Shown here piece by piece: positions 9,052 through 19,861 of a DNA stretch of 64,000 nucleotides (within the stretch, counting starts at the first letter, position 1; each line of letters begins with the position of its first letter). The position numbers and the translations under genes were made by a program. Origin of the DNA: an uncultured Thermoplasmata archaeon (GTDB taxonomy: Archaea > Thermoplasmatota > Thermoplasmata > UBA10834); contig CAVRDX010000004.1 of assembly GCA_963719945.1 (NCBI GenBank), positions 64,001 to 128,000 on the forward strand, read 5' to 3'. Under the pieces are notes generated by a model. The model saw nothing but the letters and a program-made list of their open reading frames with translations. It made no database searches and had not been told where the DNA came from.

Positions 9052-10332
9052 TTATCGCCTGGAGAAGATCTCCTTGCCTGGGAATCTGGCCCTCGAACCA
9101 AGTTCCTCCTCTATCCTCAAGAGTCTGTTGTATTTCGCAGTCCTCTCGCCCCTTGAAGGGGCGCCGGTCTTGATCTGGCCAGCGTTTGTGGCGACGCTTA
9201 TGTCACTGATAGTGGTGTCCTCTGTCTCGCCGGATCTGTGCGAGACGACACAATTGTAATCTGATTTTGACGCGAACCTCATAGTCTCGAGTGTCTCTGT
9301 CAGAGTCCCAATCTGATTGACCTTTATCAGAATGGCGTTCGCAATTCCTTCAGCAACACCTTGTTCGAGTATCTTCTTGTTCGTGACGAACACATCGTCG
9401 CCGACAAGCTGGACTCTGCGTCCGAGCCGCTTCGTTATCGTCTTCCAGCCAATCCAATCATCTTCAGACATAGGATCTTCTATTGACACCACAGGGAAGG
9501 ATTTGCAGAGGTCTGCGTACAGATCGACCATCTCCTCCGGGGACAACTGCTCCATCGTGCTCTTCTTGAAAACGTACTTCGAGCCATCGTAGAATTCGCT
9601 GGCAGCCGGATCCATTGCAAGAAATACATTTCGCCCTGGCTTGAGGCCGACTGATTCTGCAGCTTCGACAATCAAGGACAGTGCCTGTTCATTGGAGCCC
9701 AGCTTCGGGGCGAACCCACCTTCGTCTCCGACCGCCGTGCTCAGCTGTTGCTTGCGGAGCAGGCTTTTGAGTGCGTGGAATATCTCGGTCCCCTGTCTAA
9801 GGGACTCTCTGAAGGTCTTGCCGAGCGGGACGACCATGAATTCCTGGAAATCGAGGTTGTTGTCCGCATGTGCCCCACCGTTCAGAATGTTCATCATGGG
9901 AACTGGCAGCGTCTTTGCTTTCACACCGCCGATGTAGCGATAGAGTGGGATTCCGGCATCCGCAGCTGCGGAATGAGCTGCAGCGAGAGATACGCCCAGA
10001 ATGGCATTTGCTCCGAGTTTGGATTTGTTCTCGGTTCCGTCAAGGGAGAGCAGCAGCCCGTCGATGCCCTCCTGGTCACACGGGTCCTTGCCTTTCAACT
10101 TGGGTGCGATCACCTTGTTCACATTATTGACCGCTTTCTGTACACCTTTGCCCATGAAACGCGCCTTGTCCCCGTCCCTCAGCTCGACGGCTTCGCGCAC
10201 ACCGGTCGAGGCGCCTGATGGCACAGCGGCCCGTCCGATCCTGTTACTGGAGAGAATCACGTCGACTTCGACCGTGGGATTGCCTCTGGAATCGAGTATC
10301 TCTCTGGCCTTTACAGACTTGATATTAGACAT
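9052..10332 (-). CDS. eno: enolase
   Basis: [47 protein letters not shown]. True start is MSNIK. Confidence 0.97.
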   Translation of the reverse strand: MSNIKSVKAREILDSRGNPTVEVDVILSSNRIGRAAVPSGASTGVREAVELRDGDKARFMGKGVQKAVNNVNKVIAPKLKGKDPCDQEGIDGLLLSLDGTENKSKLGANAILGVSLAAAHSAAADAGIPLYRYIGGVKAKTLPVPMMNILNGGAHADNNLDFQEFMVVPLGKTFRESLRQGTEIFHALKSLLRKQQLSTAVGDEGGFAPKLGSNEQALSLIVEAAESVGLKPGRNVFLAMDPAASEFYDGSKYVFKKSTMEQLSPEEMVDLYADLCKSFPVVSIEDPMSEDDWIGWKTITKRLGRRVQLVGDDVFVTNKKILEQGVAEGIANAILIKVNQIGTLTETLETMRFASKSDYNCVVSHRSGETEDTTISDISVATNAGQIKTGAPSRGERTAKYNRLLRIEEELGSRARFPGKEIFSRR

Positions 10333-10507
10333 CGTTATCGTGAGGAGGTTAAGAGGTGTCCATGATAAAAACGATTGCAGGAGAGGGCAAATAGGCGATG
10401 CCAGGCACCCTGATTGGGTCAATCAACTCGAAAAACATGAATGGCCCGGGAGACAGGAGGCTTTTCTCCTCCCGGGAAATGGATTAATAAGAGGTTTCTT
10501 CGTCAAT

Positions 10508-11812
10508 CTAGGCCGAATCGTCGACGTATACCATCGAGAACTCGAACAGGAACTCGTCCCAGAGCGTATTGTCCACAAGGTCGAGATTGCTGGTCAGGTA
10601 GTTCTCATACAGCTTGTCCCACGAGCATGTGAAGTAGATCGACATGCCGTATGTGTTGAGGGCACCGCCGTAGTCGGAAGTGACCGAGCTCACATGAACG
10701 ATCGCCTCATCGAGCAGATCGAAGGTCGTATTACAGAGATCGGACAGTTCCGGGATCTTATCGGCCAGGAGCGTCACATACCAGCTGATGTCGATGAATG
10801 GGAACTGCTCGCCCATGAACTGGAGCTGTGGTGTCTGTGATTCCGAAGACTCGATGGCGCCTCTCAGATAGTAGTCGTCCGCGAGGTCATAGAGCGCTTT
10901 GGCCAACGGATCTATACCATTGATCACCAGGTCATTCATCTTCGACAGGTCGAACACTGACGCGCTGACATATGCGAAACCGGCGATGCCGCTTCCGGCG
11001 CAGATCTCGTAAGATGTGATATATGCGTCGACTGTCGCTATTGCGACCGCCTCTGCAGTCTTCTCATCGAGAGCCTGGATCGAGTTCAGCAATCCAGTGT
11101 AATCCCAGCCGAAGCCAGGCACTGTTGTGATCGATGCGACCATGTAATCCGCGATATTCCTGTTCTCGTATGCTACCTCGACCATTCCCATGAAGCATGC
11201 GTCGTATCCGATGATGTCAAGATGCACGCCAGATGCCGCGACAGCGTTGGCGACCTCGTCCATGGTCAACCGGTCTTTGTAACCAGCGTCAGATACGGAG
11301 GTATCGTCATAGCAGACGCCCCACCAGCCACCGCCGTGGTCCCAGAGGTCGAGCATGTAATGATCGGCAGGTGAATACGCGACGGCCGTCTCAAGGAAGT
11401 ATGTGAGAGTTGCGGGATCGCCCATGTTGAGCTCAATCGGGCATCCGCCAGCAATCGCTATGCAATCGCAGTCATTTATCCCTTCCTCGATGTTGACATG
11501 GTCGATGCCAGCTTCGATGAAGTACCAGTGTGTGTTCTCGAGAGCGTCGAATGTGTCCATCAAGACAATCACGTTGACATCTCCGATCGAGCCGACGGCT
11601 TCCATCTCAGCGAGATCGTTCAGCGCGTCTGGCTGGAGATTGTTGTCGCCATCCAAATAGACCATGATGGTCCAATCGGCCACATCATCTGATTTTTCAC
11701 CCATCAATTTGTTCAAATGGTCAGGTTGTGCCAGCCCAACCACGCTCGCCATTGACATGGCGGCTACCAGCATAATCATAGATACAGCTATTCCAGATAT
11801 TCTCTTTCCCAA
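10508..11812 (-). CDS. secreted clostripain-family (C11) cysteine peptidase
   Basis: Signal-like N-terminus, WTIMVYLDGDNNL, WDHGGG (His) and YDACFM (Cys). Probable TTG start. Confidence 0.85.
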   Translation of the reverse strand: MGKRISGIAVSMIMLVAAMSMASVVGLAQPDHLNKLMGEKSDDVADWTIMVYLDGDNNLQPDALNDLAEMEAVGSIGDVNVIVLMDTFDALENTHWYFIEAGIDHVNIEEGINDCDCIAIAGGCPIELNMGDPATLTYFLETAVAYSPADHYMLDLWDHGGGWWGVCYDDTSVSDAGYKDRLTMDEVANAVAASGVHLDIIGYDACFMGMVEVAYENRNIADYMVASITTVPGFGWDYTGLLNSIQALDEKTAEAVAIATVDAYITSYEICAGSGIAGFAYVSASVFDLSKMNDLVINGIDPLAKALYDLADDYYLRGAIESSESQTPQLQFMGEQFPFIDISWYVTLLADKIPELSDLCNTTFDLLDEAIVHVSSVTSDYGGALNTYGMSIYFTCSWDKLYENYLTSNLDLVDNTLWDEFLFEFSMVYVDDSA

Positions 11813-12047
11813 GGTTTTCCCCCCTCGTTGGCCGCAAATCGAGAGTATCGCTAGATAGCCGTTTTGGTACAAGAATAGAACTATACTGACGAACCGAAGA
11901 GTATACATACGGATTAGAGACGCAAAGGTGATTCATCCGAAGGGGTGAATTTCACATGAGTGAAGCATTATCTAGAGCGAAAAAGGGGACATTCATCTAT
12001 CTCAGGCGGAAGGTTTTATACCTCGGATGCAGACTGAGTCAGAGTAG

Positions 12048-14792
12048 ATGAACGTCTTCCAGAAGCTGGATAGGAGGATATTGGATCTTCTCGCGGATCG
12101 AGGGATCCTCGAGCCTACTGAACCGCAGGCGAAAGCCATACCTCCGATCCTTGCGGGGGAGCACGTGTTGTTGGTCGCCCCTACAGGCATAGGCAAGACC
12201 GAGGCGGCGATGCTCCCCATACTGCACTTGCTCAGCAAGGGCAAGAGAGAGGGCATACGGTGCATCTACGTGACTCCCCTCAGGGCTCTGAACCGAGACC
12301 TATTGAAGCGCCTGGAAGAGATAGGCGATTCCGTAGAACTCAAGGTCGCTGTAAGGCACGGCGACACACCGCAATCTGAACGGACGGCGCAATCGAAGAA
12401 TCCTCCAGATATCCTGATAACCACACCTGAGACGCTCCAGATAATGTTCACTGGCCGCAACCTGCGAAGACATCTGAGCGGTGTGAAGCATGTCATAATC
12501 GATGAGATACACGAACTCGCGGAGGACGAGAGAGGAGCTCAACTTTCGGTTGCCCTGGAGAGGCTCACGAATCTCGCGGGGGAGTTCCAGCGCATCGGCC
12601 TTTCGGCGACTGTGGGCTCCGTGGAAGAGATATCAGCGTACCTTGCTGGAGAGGGGAGGACCGTCACCTCTCTCAGGATCTCGGCCATGAAGGATATGAG
12701 AATATCCGTCGAGAGTCCAGCCGTGGAGGACACCGACAAATCGTTGGCGGACCGGCTTCAGACTGACCAGAAACATGTGGCTTGCATGAAGAGGAGCAGA
12801 CAACTGGTCGAGGAGAACACGTCCACTCTCTTCTTCGTGAACACAAGAGACTACGCAGAGGCGCTAGGAGTCAGGTATCACCTTTGGGACGAGTCGTTCA
12901 GTGTGGGTGTTCATCACGGGTCCCTGTCCAAAGACATTCGAGTGCAGATGGAGGACGATTTCAAATCGCAGAAGCTCAAGGCATTGATATGCACCTCGTC
13001 GCTCGAACTCGGGATAGACGTTGGCTCGGCTGATTTCACACTCCAGTTCAACTCTCCGAGACAGGTCACGAGGTTGATCCAGAGAGTCGGGCGGTCTGGA
13101 CACCGACACGATGCTGTCTCATTTGGCAAGATCATAACGACGACGCCTTCGGAGACTGCCGAGAGCATGGTGATAGCAAGGAAGGCGATGGTGGAGGAAC
13201 TCGAAAGCTACCGGATAAGGCAGAATCCGCTCAGCGTCCTTGCCAATCAACTCGTCGCAATGACCATGACGGAGCCGAAGGTGGACAAGGAATGGGCTTA
13301 CGCGACCGTCCGAAGAGCCCACCCATTCAGGAACCTCATCAGAAAGGATTTTGACGAGGTGCTGCGACTGTTGGGAGAGCTGCACATCGTCTGGAATGAT
13401 GAAGACCAATTCCGCCGCAAGACCACAGGGATGAAGCATTTCTTCGACAACATCTCAATGATACCGGACGAACGCACCTACAAGATCAGAGACGTATCCT
13501 CGAGAGGTATCATCGGAACCCTCGATGAGAGTTTCGTGGCCAGTTACGCTGAACCATATGCCACATTCGTCGCGAGGGGAAGGACTTGGAGGGTGGTGGA
13601 GGTCGGTGAGGATGAAGTCATCGTGGAGCAGATCAACGAGATCGGAGCGACCCCGTCCTGGATAGGCGAAGAGATACCGGTCCCGTATGAGATCGCGCAA
13701 GAGGTCGGTGCCATGCGACGGCTCCTGCCTATGGACATATATCCAGCAGACGAGACGACCAAGAAGGAGATCACAGAATGGGTGTCTGGTCAGAATGGCC
13801 ATGCCGTCCCGACCGATAAATTGATCACGATCGAGCAGGGAGACGGCGTCATAGTCATAAACTGCTGCTTCGGCACCAGGGTCAATGAGACCATTGCGAA
13901 GCTGATCACAACCTTGCTCGCGGCGAGGTTCGGTGAGAGCATCGGGGTGAACACTGAGCCATATTCCATCTTGCTCGAGACGCCGAGGGGGCTGCGGGTC
14001 AGCGACGTGGTTCGAGTGATCAAGGAGACCGACGTATCGACCCTGCACCAGCTTATGAGGTTGATCGTCAGGAACTCTTCCGACCTGCGCTGGCAGTTCG
14101 TGCATGTAGCCAAGAAATTCGGCGCTGTTCGAAAGGACGCAGACTACAAGATGCTCAATGTCTCGAAGCTGGTCGATGTGTTCGAATACTCGCCGATCTT
14201 CGAGGAGGCGGTCGCCAAGACCCTGTGGGAGAACATGGACGTCGAAACCACGGCGACCGTGCTCAAGCGGATCCAAGAAGGGACGATAGAGCTAGTCATC
14301 GGCAAACTGTCTCCGATGGGGCTAGAAGCCATAGGCGAGAGAAGGCAGATAGTCCAGCCGCAGAGAGCGGACAAGACCGTGCTGATCGCACTGAGGGACC
14401 GATTGCAGGCCGAGGATATCGTGATGGTCTGCATGAATTGTAGGAGTCAGAGGAGGGGAAAGGTCGCAAACCTTCCGGAAAGGATCTCTTGCAGCAAATG
14501 CGGTGGGGTTGTCATAGCTGCGATCCAGCCATACGCGAAGAAGGACTTGGAAATACTCAAGAAAGGGATAGCGAGCGAAGAGGACAACAAGACACTGAAG
14601 AGGATATACAAGAACGCCAACTTGGTCACGGCTCATGGGAAGAAAGCTGTGATTGCCCTCGTAGGAAGGGGGGTGGGTGCGGACACCGCCGCGAGGATAC
14701 TCGCCCGGTATCACTTAGAGGAGTATGAATTCCTAAGAGATCTCCTGGCAGCGGAGATAAACTATGCCAGGACTAAGAGGTTCTGGGACTAG
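12048..14792 (+). CDS. lhr: Lhr-family SF2 helicase with C-terminal Cys-rich motif
   Basis: APTGIGKT, DEIH, GLSAT, HHGSLS, SSLELGID, QRVGRSGH, PSWIGE; CMNC…CSKC near the C-terminus. Confidence 0.9.
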   Translation: MNVFQKLDRRILDLLADRGILEPTEPQAKAIPPILAGEHVLLVAPTGIGKTEAAMLPILHLLSKGKREGIRCIYVTPLRALNRDLLKRLEEIGDSVELKVAVRHGDTPQSERTAQSKNPPDILITTPETLQIMFTGRNLRRHLSGVKHVIIDEIHELAEDERGAQLSVALERLTNLAGEFQRIGLSATVGSVEEISAYLAGEGRTVTSLRISAMKDMRISVESPAVEDTDKSLADRLQTDQKHVACMKRSRQLVEENTSTLFFVNTRDYAEALGVRYHLWDESFSVGVHHGSLSKDIRVQMEDDFKSQKLKALICTSSLELGIDVGSADFTLQFNSPRQVTRLIQRVGRSGHRHDAVSFGKIITTTPSETAESMVIARKAMVEELESYRIRQNPLSVLANQLVAMTMTEPKVDKEWAYATVRRAHPFRNLIRKDFDEVLRLLGELHIVWNDEDQFRRKTTGMKHFFDNISMIPDERTYKIRDVSSRGIIGTLDESFVASYAEPYATFVARGRTWRVVEVGEDEVIVEQINEIGATPSWIGEEIPVPYEIAQEVGAMRRLLPMDIYPADETTKKEITEWVSGQNGHAVPTDKLITIEQGDGVIVINCCFGTRVNETIAKLITTLLAARFGESIGVNTEPYSILLETPRGLRVSDVVRVIKETDVSTLHQLMRLIVRNSSDLRWQFVHVAKKFGAVRKDADYKMLNVSKLVDVFEYSPIFEEAVAKTLWENMDVETTATVLKRIQEGTIELVIGKLSPMGLEAIGERRQIVQPQRADKTVLIALRDRLQAEDIVMVCMNCRSQRRGKVANLPERISCSKCGGVVIAAIQPYAKKDLEILKKGIASEEDNKTLKRIYKNANLVTAHGKKAVIALVGRGVGADTAARILARYHLEEYEFLRDLLAAEINYARTKRFWD

Positions 14793-15411
14793 ACCGCGGC
14801 TTCTTGAAGCCAAGGCCGATCACATACACCTCTGAACTCGACTTCCTAGAAGCTTTTGGATGATGCACGCTCACTTCCTTAAACGAGCGTTTCACGGACG
14901 CGATATAATCCTTGCTCAAATCCCCGAAGAACATCTTCGCCACAAAATTGCCTTTCGGCTTAAGCACCGAGGAAGCGAACTTGAGAGCGTGCTCGCATAG
15001 TTCGATCGAACGGGCGTGGTCGTAGGAATAGTTGCCACTTATGTTCGGTGCCATGTCAGATATCACGACATCCGCACCATCTGGTATGAGTTCGAGAAGG
15101 CTAGCGACAATATCGGCATCCCGAATGTCCCCTCGTATGAATGTGACTCCGTCAATCGGTGCAAATCGGTCCAGATCCAGAGCGAACACTTTCGACCCTT
15201 CGCCTGCAATCTCGACCGCCACCTGAGACCACCCTCCAGGAGAAGCCCCGAGATCTACCACCGTGTCACCCAGGTGGATCATACCGAAGCGTTCGTTCAG
15301 CTGCTGAAGCTTGTAGGACGCTCTGCTCCTGTATTGCTCCTGCTTGGCCTTGCGGTAGTAATAATCCCTCTTCCGCTGGGCCCGCCATTGCTTCGTCACG
15401 ACACTCCCCAT
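14773..15411 (-). CDS. rlmE: 23S rRNA 2'-O-methyltransferase RlmE/FtsJ
   Basis: YRSRASYKL, DLGASPGGW, SDMAP, ASRKSSSEVY. Confidence 0.93.
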   Translation of the reverse strand: MGSVVTKQWRAQRKRDYYYRKAKQEQYRSRASYKLQQLNERFGMIHLGDTVVDLGASPGGWSQVAVEIAGEGSKVFALDLDRFAPIDGVTFIRGDIRDADIVASLLELIPDGADVVISDMAPNISGNYSYDHARSIELCEHALKFASSVLKPKGNFVAKMFFGDLSKDYIASVKRSFKEVSVHHPKASRKSSSEVYVIGLGFKKPRSSPRTS

Positions 15412-15494
15412 TCCATCAATCGGATTTATTGATTCCCACAGAGAAGGCAAAAAGTATAGATGTGGTATGCAATCGCCAATCAGAGGCGAACCCA

Positions 15495-16517
15495 GTGCCA
15501 AAAGGAATGACCTATGCGCAGGCTGGAGTCGATATAGACAGGAAATCGAGCAGCATAACCGCCCTTGTCAAGCACCTCAAGTACAAGAGAAAGGGCGTCG
15601 GGAAGCCTCTCGACCTTCCGGGCCATTTTGCAGGATTGATCGACCTCGGAGACAGAGCGCTCACGCTGTGCACGGATGGGGTCGGCACCAAGCTGCTCAT
15701 CGCAGACGCATTGAAGAAATGGGATACCATCGGAATCGATTGCATCGCGATGAACGTCAACGATACCATCTGCGTTGGCGCTGAACCGATTGCATTCGTG
15801 GACTACATAGCGATCGACCGACCAGACGAACGGGTCACCTCCGACGTGGGTAAGGGGTTGGAGGAGGGCGCGCGCATGTCCAACATGACCATAGTGGGCG
15901 GCGAAATAGCGGTCCTTCCAGAACTCGTGAAGGGGTTCGACCTTGCGGGGACATGCCTCGGGATCGTAGACAAGAAACGCATCATAACTGGCGCGGGGAT
16001 AAGACCTGGCGACGCGTTGATCGGACTGCCGAGTTCAGGCGTTCATTCGAATGGATTGACACTTGCCAGGAAGATAATCGAGAAGAACGGGATCGGATAT
16101 CGACAGAGAGTCAAGGGACTCACCAGACCAATCGGTCTTGAGCTCCTGGAACCGACAACGATCTATGTCAAACAGGTCCTGAAGATCATCGAGAAGCACC
16201 AGGTCAAAGGAATGGCCAACATAACCGGTGGCGGATTGAGGAACCTTTTGAGGTTGAAGAGCGGAGTAGGGTTCGAGATAACGGATCCGATCACTCCGAA
16301 TCCTGTGTTCGGGGTGCTGCAGAAGCTGGGGGAGGTAACTGACAAGGAGATGTATCAGACCTTCAACATGGGCATGGGATTCTGTCTTGTGGTAAGGAGA
16401 AAGGAAGCAGATGATGTCCTAAAGACTGCAGGCAGAGGCGCCAAGATCATCGGTCGTGTGACCAAGGGCACTGGCGTAACGGTTCCGGGATTGGGGCTGG
16501 AATATACCGTATATTGA
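15495..16517 (+). CDS. purM: phosphoribosylformylglycinamidine cyclo-ligase
   Basis: TYAQAGVDI, TDGVGTK, SSGVHSNG, TFNMGMG. Start at 15495 (GTG) or 15507. Confidence 0.95.
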   Translation: MPKGMTYAQAGVDIDRKSSSITALVKHLKYKRKGVGKPLDLPGHFAGLIDLGDRALTLCTDGVGTKLLIADALKKWDTIGIDCIAMNVNDTICVGAEPIAFVDYIAIDRPDERVTSDVGKGLEEGARMSNMTIVGGEIAVLPELVKGFDLAGTCLGIVDKKRIITGAGIRPGDALIGLPSSGVHSNGLTLARKIIEKNGIGYRQRVKGLTRPIGLELLEPTTIYVKQVLKIIEKHQVKGMANITGGGLRNLLRLKSGVGFEITDPITPNPVFGVLQKLGEVTDKEMYQTFNMGMGFCLVVRRKEADDVLKTAGRGAKIIGRVTKGTGVTVPGLGLEYTVY

Positions 16518-16538
16518 ACTGATCCGCCAATTCGACCA

Positions 16539-17069
16539 TCATCTACCCATAAGCGATCCGATGACGACTCCGAGTGCGGTGCATGTCTCCAGAGACAGAC
16601 CCCGGCCTGTGATGTCCAAGTGCATGCGAGCCATGTTGAATACGTCTTTTGGCAACCCGTGAGGGCCCAGGCCGAATACAAGCAACGCTGATTTCCCAGA
16701 AGCGACCATCGACCTAACCTGAGCAGTCGTCACTGCATTTCCGGGCTTCGGCTTCCTTGTGGTCACGATCACTTCACCCATCTGTGGAGGAAAACCCTTC
16801 TTTGGGAAATCGAAGGATGAGAATCTGCCCTTCTCCGAGAGTTCCATCAGATATCCCCCGCCCTCCCCGATGGTAGTCGTGGTCGAGACCCATTTAGCTA
16901 TCTCGACCGGGGTTGACAGCTCCTTGTCATAAGGGAATCCGAATGTCGCGAGATTGCAGTCGAATGCAAGTGCCAGCGGTCCGGCCCTTGCCAAGACTCG
17001 CCTGTGCGCTTCATGGAACTTCACGGGATCGTATGAATTGAATAGGCCGATCGTGACTCGTCCAGGCAT
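16539..17069 (-). CDS. DUF531 family SPOUT-class RNA methyltransferase
   Basis: TIGLFNSYD…HEAHRR, GFPPQ, GLGPHGLP…DITG…SLETCTA. Confidence 0.8.
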   Translation of the reverse strand: MPGRVTIGLFNSYDPVKFHEAHRRVLARAGPLALAFDCNLATFGFPYDKELSTPVEIAKWVSTTTTIGEGGGYLMELSEKGRFSSFDFPKKGFPPQMGEVIVTTRKPKPGNAVTTAQVRSMVASGKSALLVFGLGPHGLPKDVFNMARMHLDITGRGLSLETCTALGVVIGSLMGR

Positions 17070-17127
17070 TTGTCACACCTCCTCTTGCAGAAGCGGGGAG
17101 TGATATCGACGGCCGCCCGGACTACGG

Positions 17128-17295
17128 TTACTGGGACGCGTCCCTCGGTCTGCTGCAAATCGCATATTCGTCCCCATCGAAGAAAACATCCAGATCAGGA
17201 TTTTGGTCCTGCAGCTCCTTGATCTTCTCGAGCACCTCACGCAGGCTGAGCTCTGTGCCGTCTTTCTTTATCTTTATCAGAACCCTTTTCTGCAT
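17128..17295 (-). CDS. small hypothetical protein (55 aa)
   Basis: MQKRVLIKI…VFFDGDEYAICSR is protein-like; AGAGGTG precedes the ATG. Confidence 0.7.
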   Translation of the reverse strand: MQKRVLIKIKKDGTELSLREVLEKIKELQDQNPDLDVFFDGDEYAICSRPRDASQ

Positions 17296-17449
17296 AGTAC
17301 ACCTCTGCACCCTGCCAGGCGAGGAGTATAGATTCCTATGGGAAATCTCGATATAAATAGGTTTACTCAGGTAGATGTCACGCATGCGCAGGCCCACGTC
17401 TATGCACACTCGCCATTGTCGTGCGCATGCACATGTGTACGCATGAGGG

Positions 17450-19861
17450 CTATTCGGGGGCATGTTTGAACACGGGAACATATTGCTCTTTCGCCGCTTC
17501 AAAAGCCTTCTTCCGCGCGTCTTCGGGAAGTCGACCCAACTGCCTGATCTTCTTGTCAAAGGTGTCCACGAACTTCGGAAGGACCTTGTAGATCGGAAGC
17601 AGCATCGGGACGAATGTGAGGCGATCCTTGCCTATCCCCAGCTGATCCAATTCCGGGATGAGCGCTTTCAAGCGACGCTCCACAATCTCCGCCATCTCGC
17701 CCCCTTCCTCATCGGACAGCATGATACCGTCCGCCCCGTTTGCGAATGCCGACAGTATCTCCTTCCGCGCAACTCTGGCTGCAGAAGGCACCCTCATGAT
17801 CCTCATGGCGGTTGGATATTCCATGCGTGCAGTACCGGCTGTGTCTGCGGCGACATATGCCAGGACGTCGCCGAAGAAACCGATTATTCTCACATCGTCC
17901 GATGGTTCTGCCAAAAGCCCGCGGACTTCGGCATCCACCTGCGCGTCCGTGTAATGAGCGAGATCGAACACATGCGTAGGGCACTCGGATACACAGGCGC
18001 CACAACCGATGCATGCGATCTGATCTATCTGCGGCATGTCACCGACAGTTATCGCATGGACAGGACAGATTGTCTCGCATGCCCCACACTGAATGCACCT
18101 GCTCGCATCCACGATCTGAGCTTTGACCGGGTCGAGCAGCATCTTCCCGGTCCCGAGGAATTCGATCACATGGGCGGCGGCGCTCCTTCCATCCACGACA
18201 CTGTCTCGAACGTCCTTCGGCCCCAGAATCGTTCCAGCAGCGAAAATGCCTGACCTGTGCGATGATACAGGGTCGAGCTTTGGATGTTTCTCAGATACAA
18301 AACCGTCTTCCCCGAGAGGCACTTTGAGCGTGCGGGCGAGTGTATCTGTCCCTTCCGAGGGCATCATCGAGGTGCATAGGACGACCATGTCGAATTCGTT
18401 CTCTATGATCTCCCCGAGGGTGACATCCTCCGCTCTGACCATGATGCCGTTCTTGCCCTTCTGGATGTCGGATACACGACCGTGTACGTACTTGACATTG
18501 AATTCCTCCTGTGAGCGGACATAGAACTCCTCGAACCCGCGGCCAGCCGATCGGATGTCTATGTAATAGATGTAGACCTGCATGTATGGGAAGGTCTTCC
18601 TGAGGATCACAGCCTGCTTGATCGCATAGTTGCAGCATATCTTGCTGCAATATGGCATTCCGACCTTGCGCGTACGTGAGCCTGCACACAACACCAAGGC
18701 GACTTTCTTCACCCTGTTGCCGTCAGTCTTGCGTTTCAGGACCATCCCTGCTCCGCATTCGTTGATCATCAACCGCTCCATCTGGGTCGCGGTGATGACA
18801 TCGGGGATCGACGTGTCGTATTCTCCGAGCTTCCTGACATCGAAAAGGTCGAAGCCCGTCGCGATCACGATAGCACCTACCTGGAGGTCCTCGAACCGCT
18901 CCTTCTCATCCATATCTATCGCATGAGCGGAGCAGACCTTCTCGCATGCTCCGCACTCCTTGCAGCTGTCAAAATCGACCACGTAAGCAGCAGGCACCGC
19001 CTGAGGGAACGGTTTGTAGATCGCTTTGCGCTCATACAGCCCTTCCTCGAATTCGTTGGGGACCTTTGCCGGGCACACCTTCTCGCACTTCGCACACCCT
19101 ATGCATTTCTTGGGGTCTACTCCCCTTGGCGCCACCTTCACGCGCACGGAGTAGTTGCCTGGAGAGCCGGATACGGATATGACTTCTGATCTTGTGTACA
19201 GCGCGATATTCGGATTCGATGCAATGTCGACCATCCTCGGGCTGAGGATGCACGGGGCACAGTCGAGGGTAGGGAACGTCTTGCTGAGCTGGGCCATCCT
19301 CCCGCCGATGCTCGGGTTCCGTTCGATCAGATGGACTTGATATCCGGAGTTCGCCAGCTGGAGGGCGGATGATATCCCTGCGATCCCGCCGCCAATGACC
19401 AGCACCCCCTTTGAAAGTTCTATCTCTCTCGGATCGAGATTTTCGAGCTGGGCCGCGCGATACACACCTCCGCGCACAAGGTCCTTGGCCTTCTTTGTCG
19501 CCTCAGTCTTGTCCTTGTGCACCCATGAGCATTGTTCTCTCAGGTTGACCACTTCGAGGACGTACGGGTTCAGACCTGCGTCCTGGAGAGTCTTCCTGAA
19601 TGTCTTCTCATGCATCTTCGGAGAGCAGGATGCAACGACAACCTTCGTGAGATCGTGTTTCTTGATGTCTTCGGCAATCTGGTTCTGGCCTGGCTCAGAG
19701 CAGGTATAGATATTATCCCTGCTAACCACCACTTCGTCCAGGGTCCCAGCATAGTCCGTCACGGCCTTGCAGTCCACGATGCCACCTATATTCGTGCCGC
19801 AGTGACACACATAGACTCCTATCCGTTCCTTCTTGTCCTTCTTCCCCTTGTCTCCGGTCAT
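17450..19861 (-). CDS. hdrA: heterodisulfide reductase subunit A fused to a degenerate MvhD-like domain
   Basis: GVYVCHCG, ASCSP, NLREQCSW, GGGIAG, KTFPTLDC, ferredoxin CxxCxxCxxxC motifs, CAGSR…YCSKICC; C-terminal MvhD-like segment. Confidence 0.92.
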   Translation of the reverse strand: MTGDKGKKDKKERIGVYVCHCGTNIGGIVDCKAVTDYAGTLDEVVVSRDNIYTCSEPGQNQIAEDIKKHDLTKVVVASCSPKMHEKTFRKTLQDAGLNPYVLEVVNLREQCSWVHKDKTEATKKAKDLVRGGVYRAAQLENLDPREIELSKGVLVIGGGIAGISSALQLANSGYQVHLIERNPSIGGRMAQLSKTFPTLDCAPCILSPRMVDIASNPNIALYTRSEVISVSGSPGNYSVRVKVAPRGVDPKKCIGCAKCEKVCPAKVPNEFEEGLYERKAIYKPFPQAVPAAYVVDFDSCKECGACEKVCSAHAIDMDEKERFEDLQVGAIVIATGFDLFDVRKLGEYDTSIPDVITATQMERLMINECGAGMVLKRKTDGNRVKKVALVLCAGSRTRKVGMPYCSKICCNYAIKQAVILRKTFPYMQVYIYYIDIRSAGRGFEEFYVRSQEEFNVKYVHGRVSDIQKGKNGIMVRAEDVTLGEIIENEFDMVVLCTSMMPSEGTDTLARTLKVPLGEDGFVSEKHPKLDPVSSHRSGIFAAGTILGPKDVRDSVVDGRSAAAHVIEFLGTGKMLLDPVKAQIVDASRCIQCGACETICPVHAITVGDMPQIDQIACIGCGACVSECPTHVFDLAHYTDAQVDAEVRGLLAEPSDDVRIIGFFGDVLAYVAADTAGTARMEYPTAMRIMRVPSAARVARKEILSAFANGADGIMLSDEEGGEMAEIVERRLKALIPELDQLGIGKDRLTFVPMLLPIYKVLPKFVDTFDKKIRQLGRLPEDARKKAFEAAKEQYVPVFKHAPE

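Noticed and set aside
15159-15494. Long N-terminal extension of purM (likewise for eno, rlmE, clostripain and the 55214 ORF)
   Set aside because: The extensions overlap opposite-strand genes or promoters, and family homology starts later.
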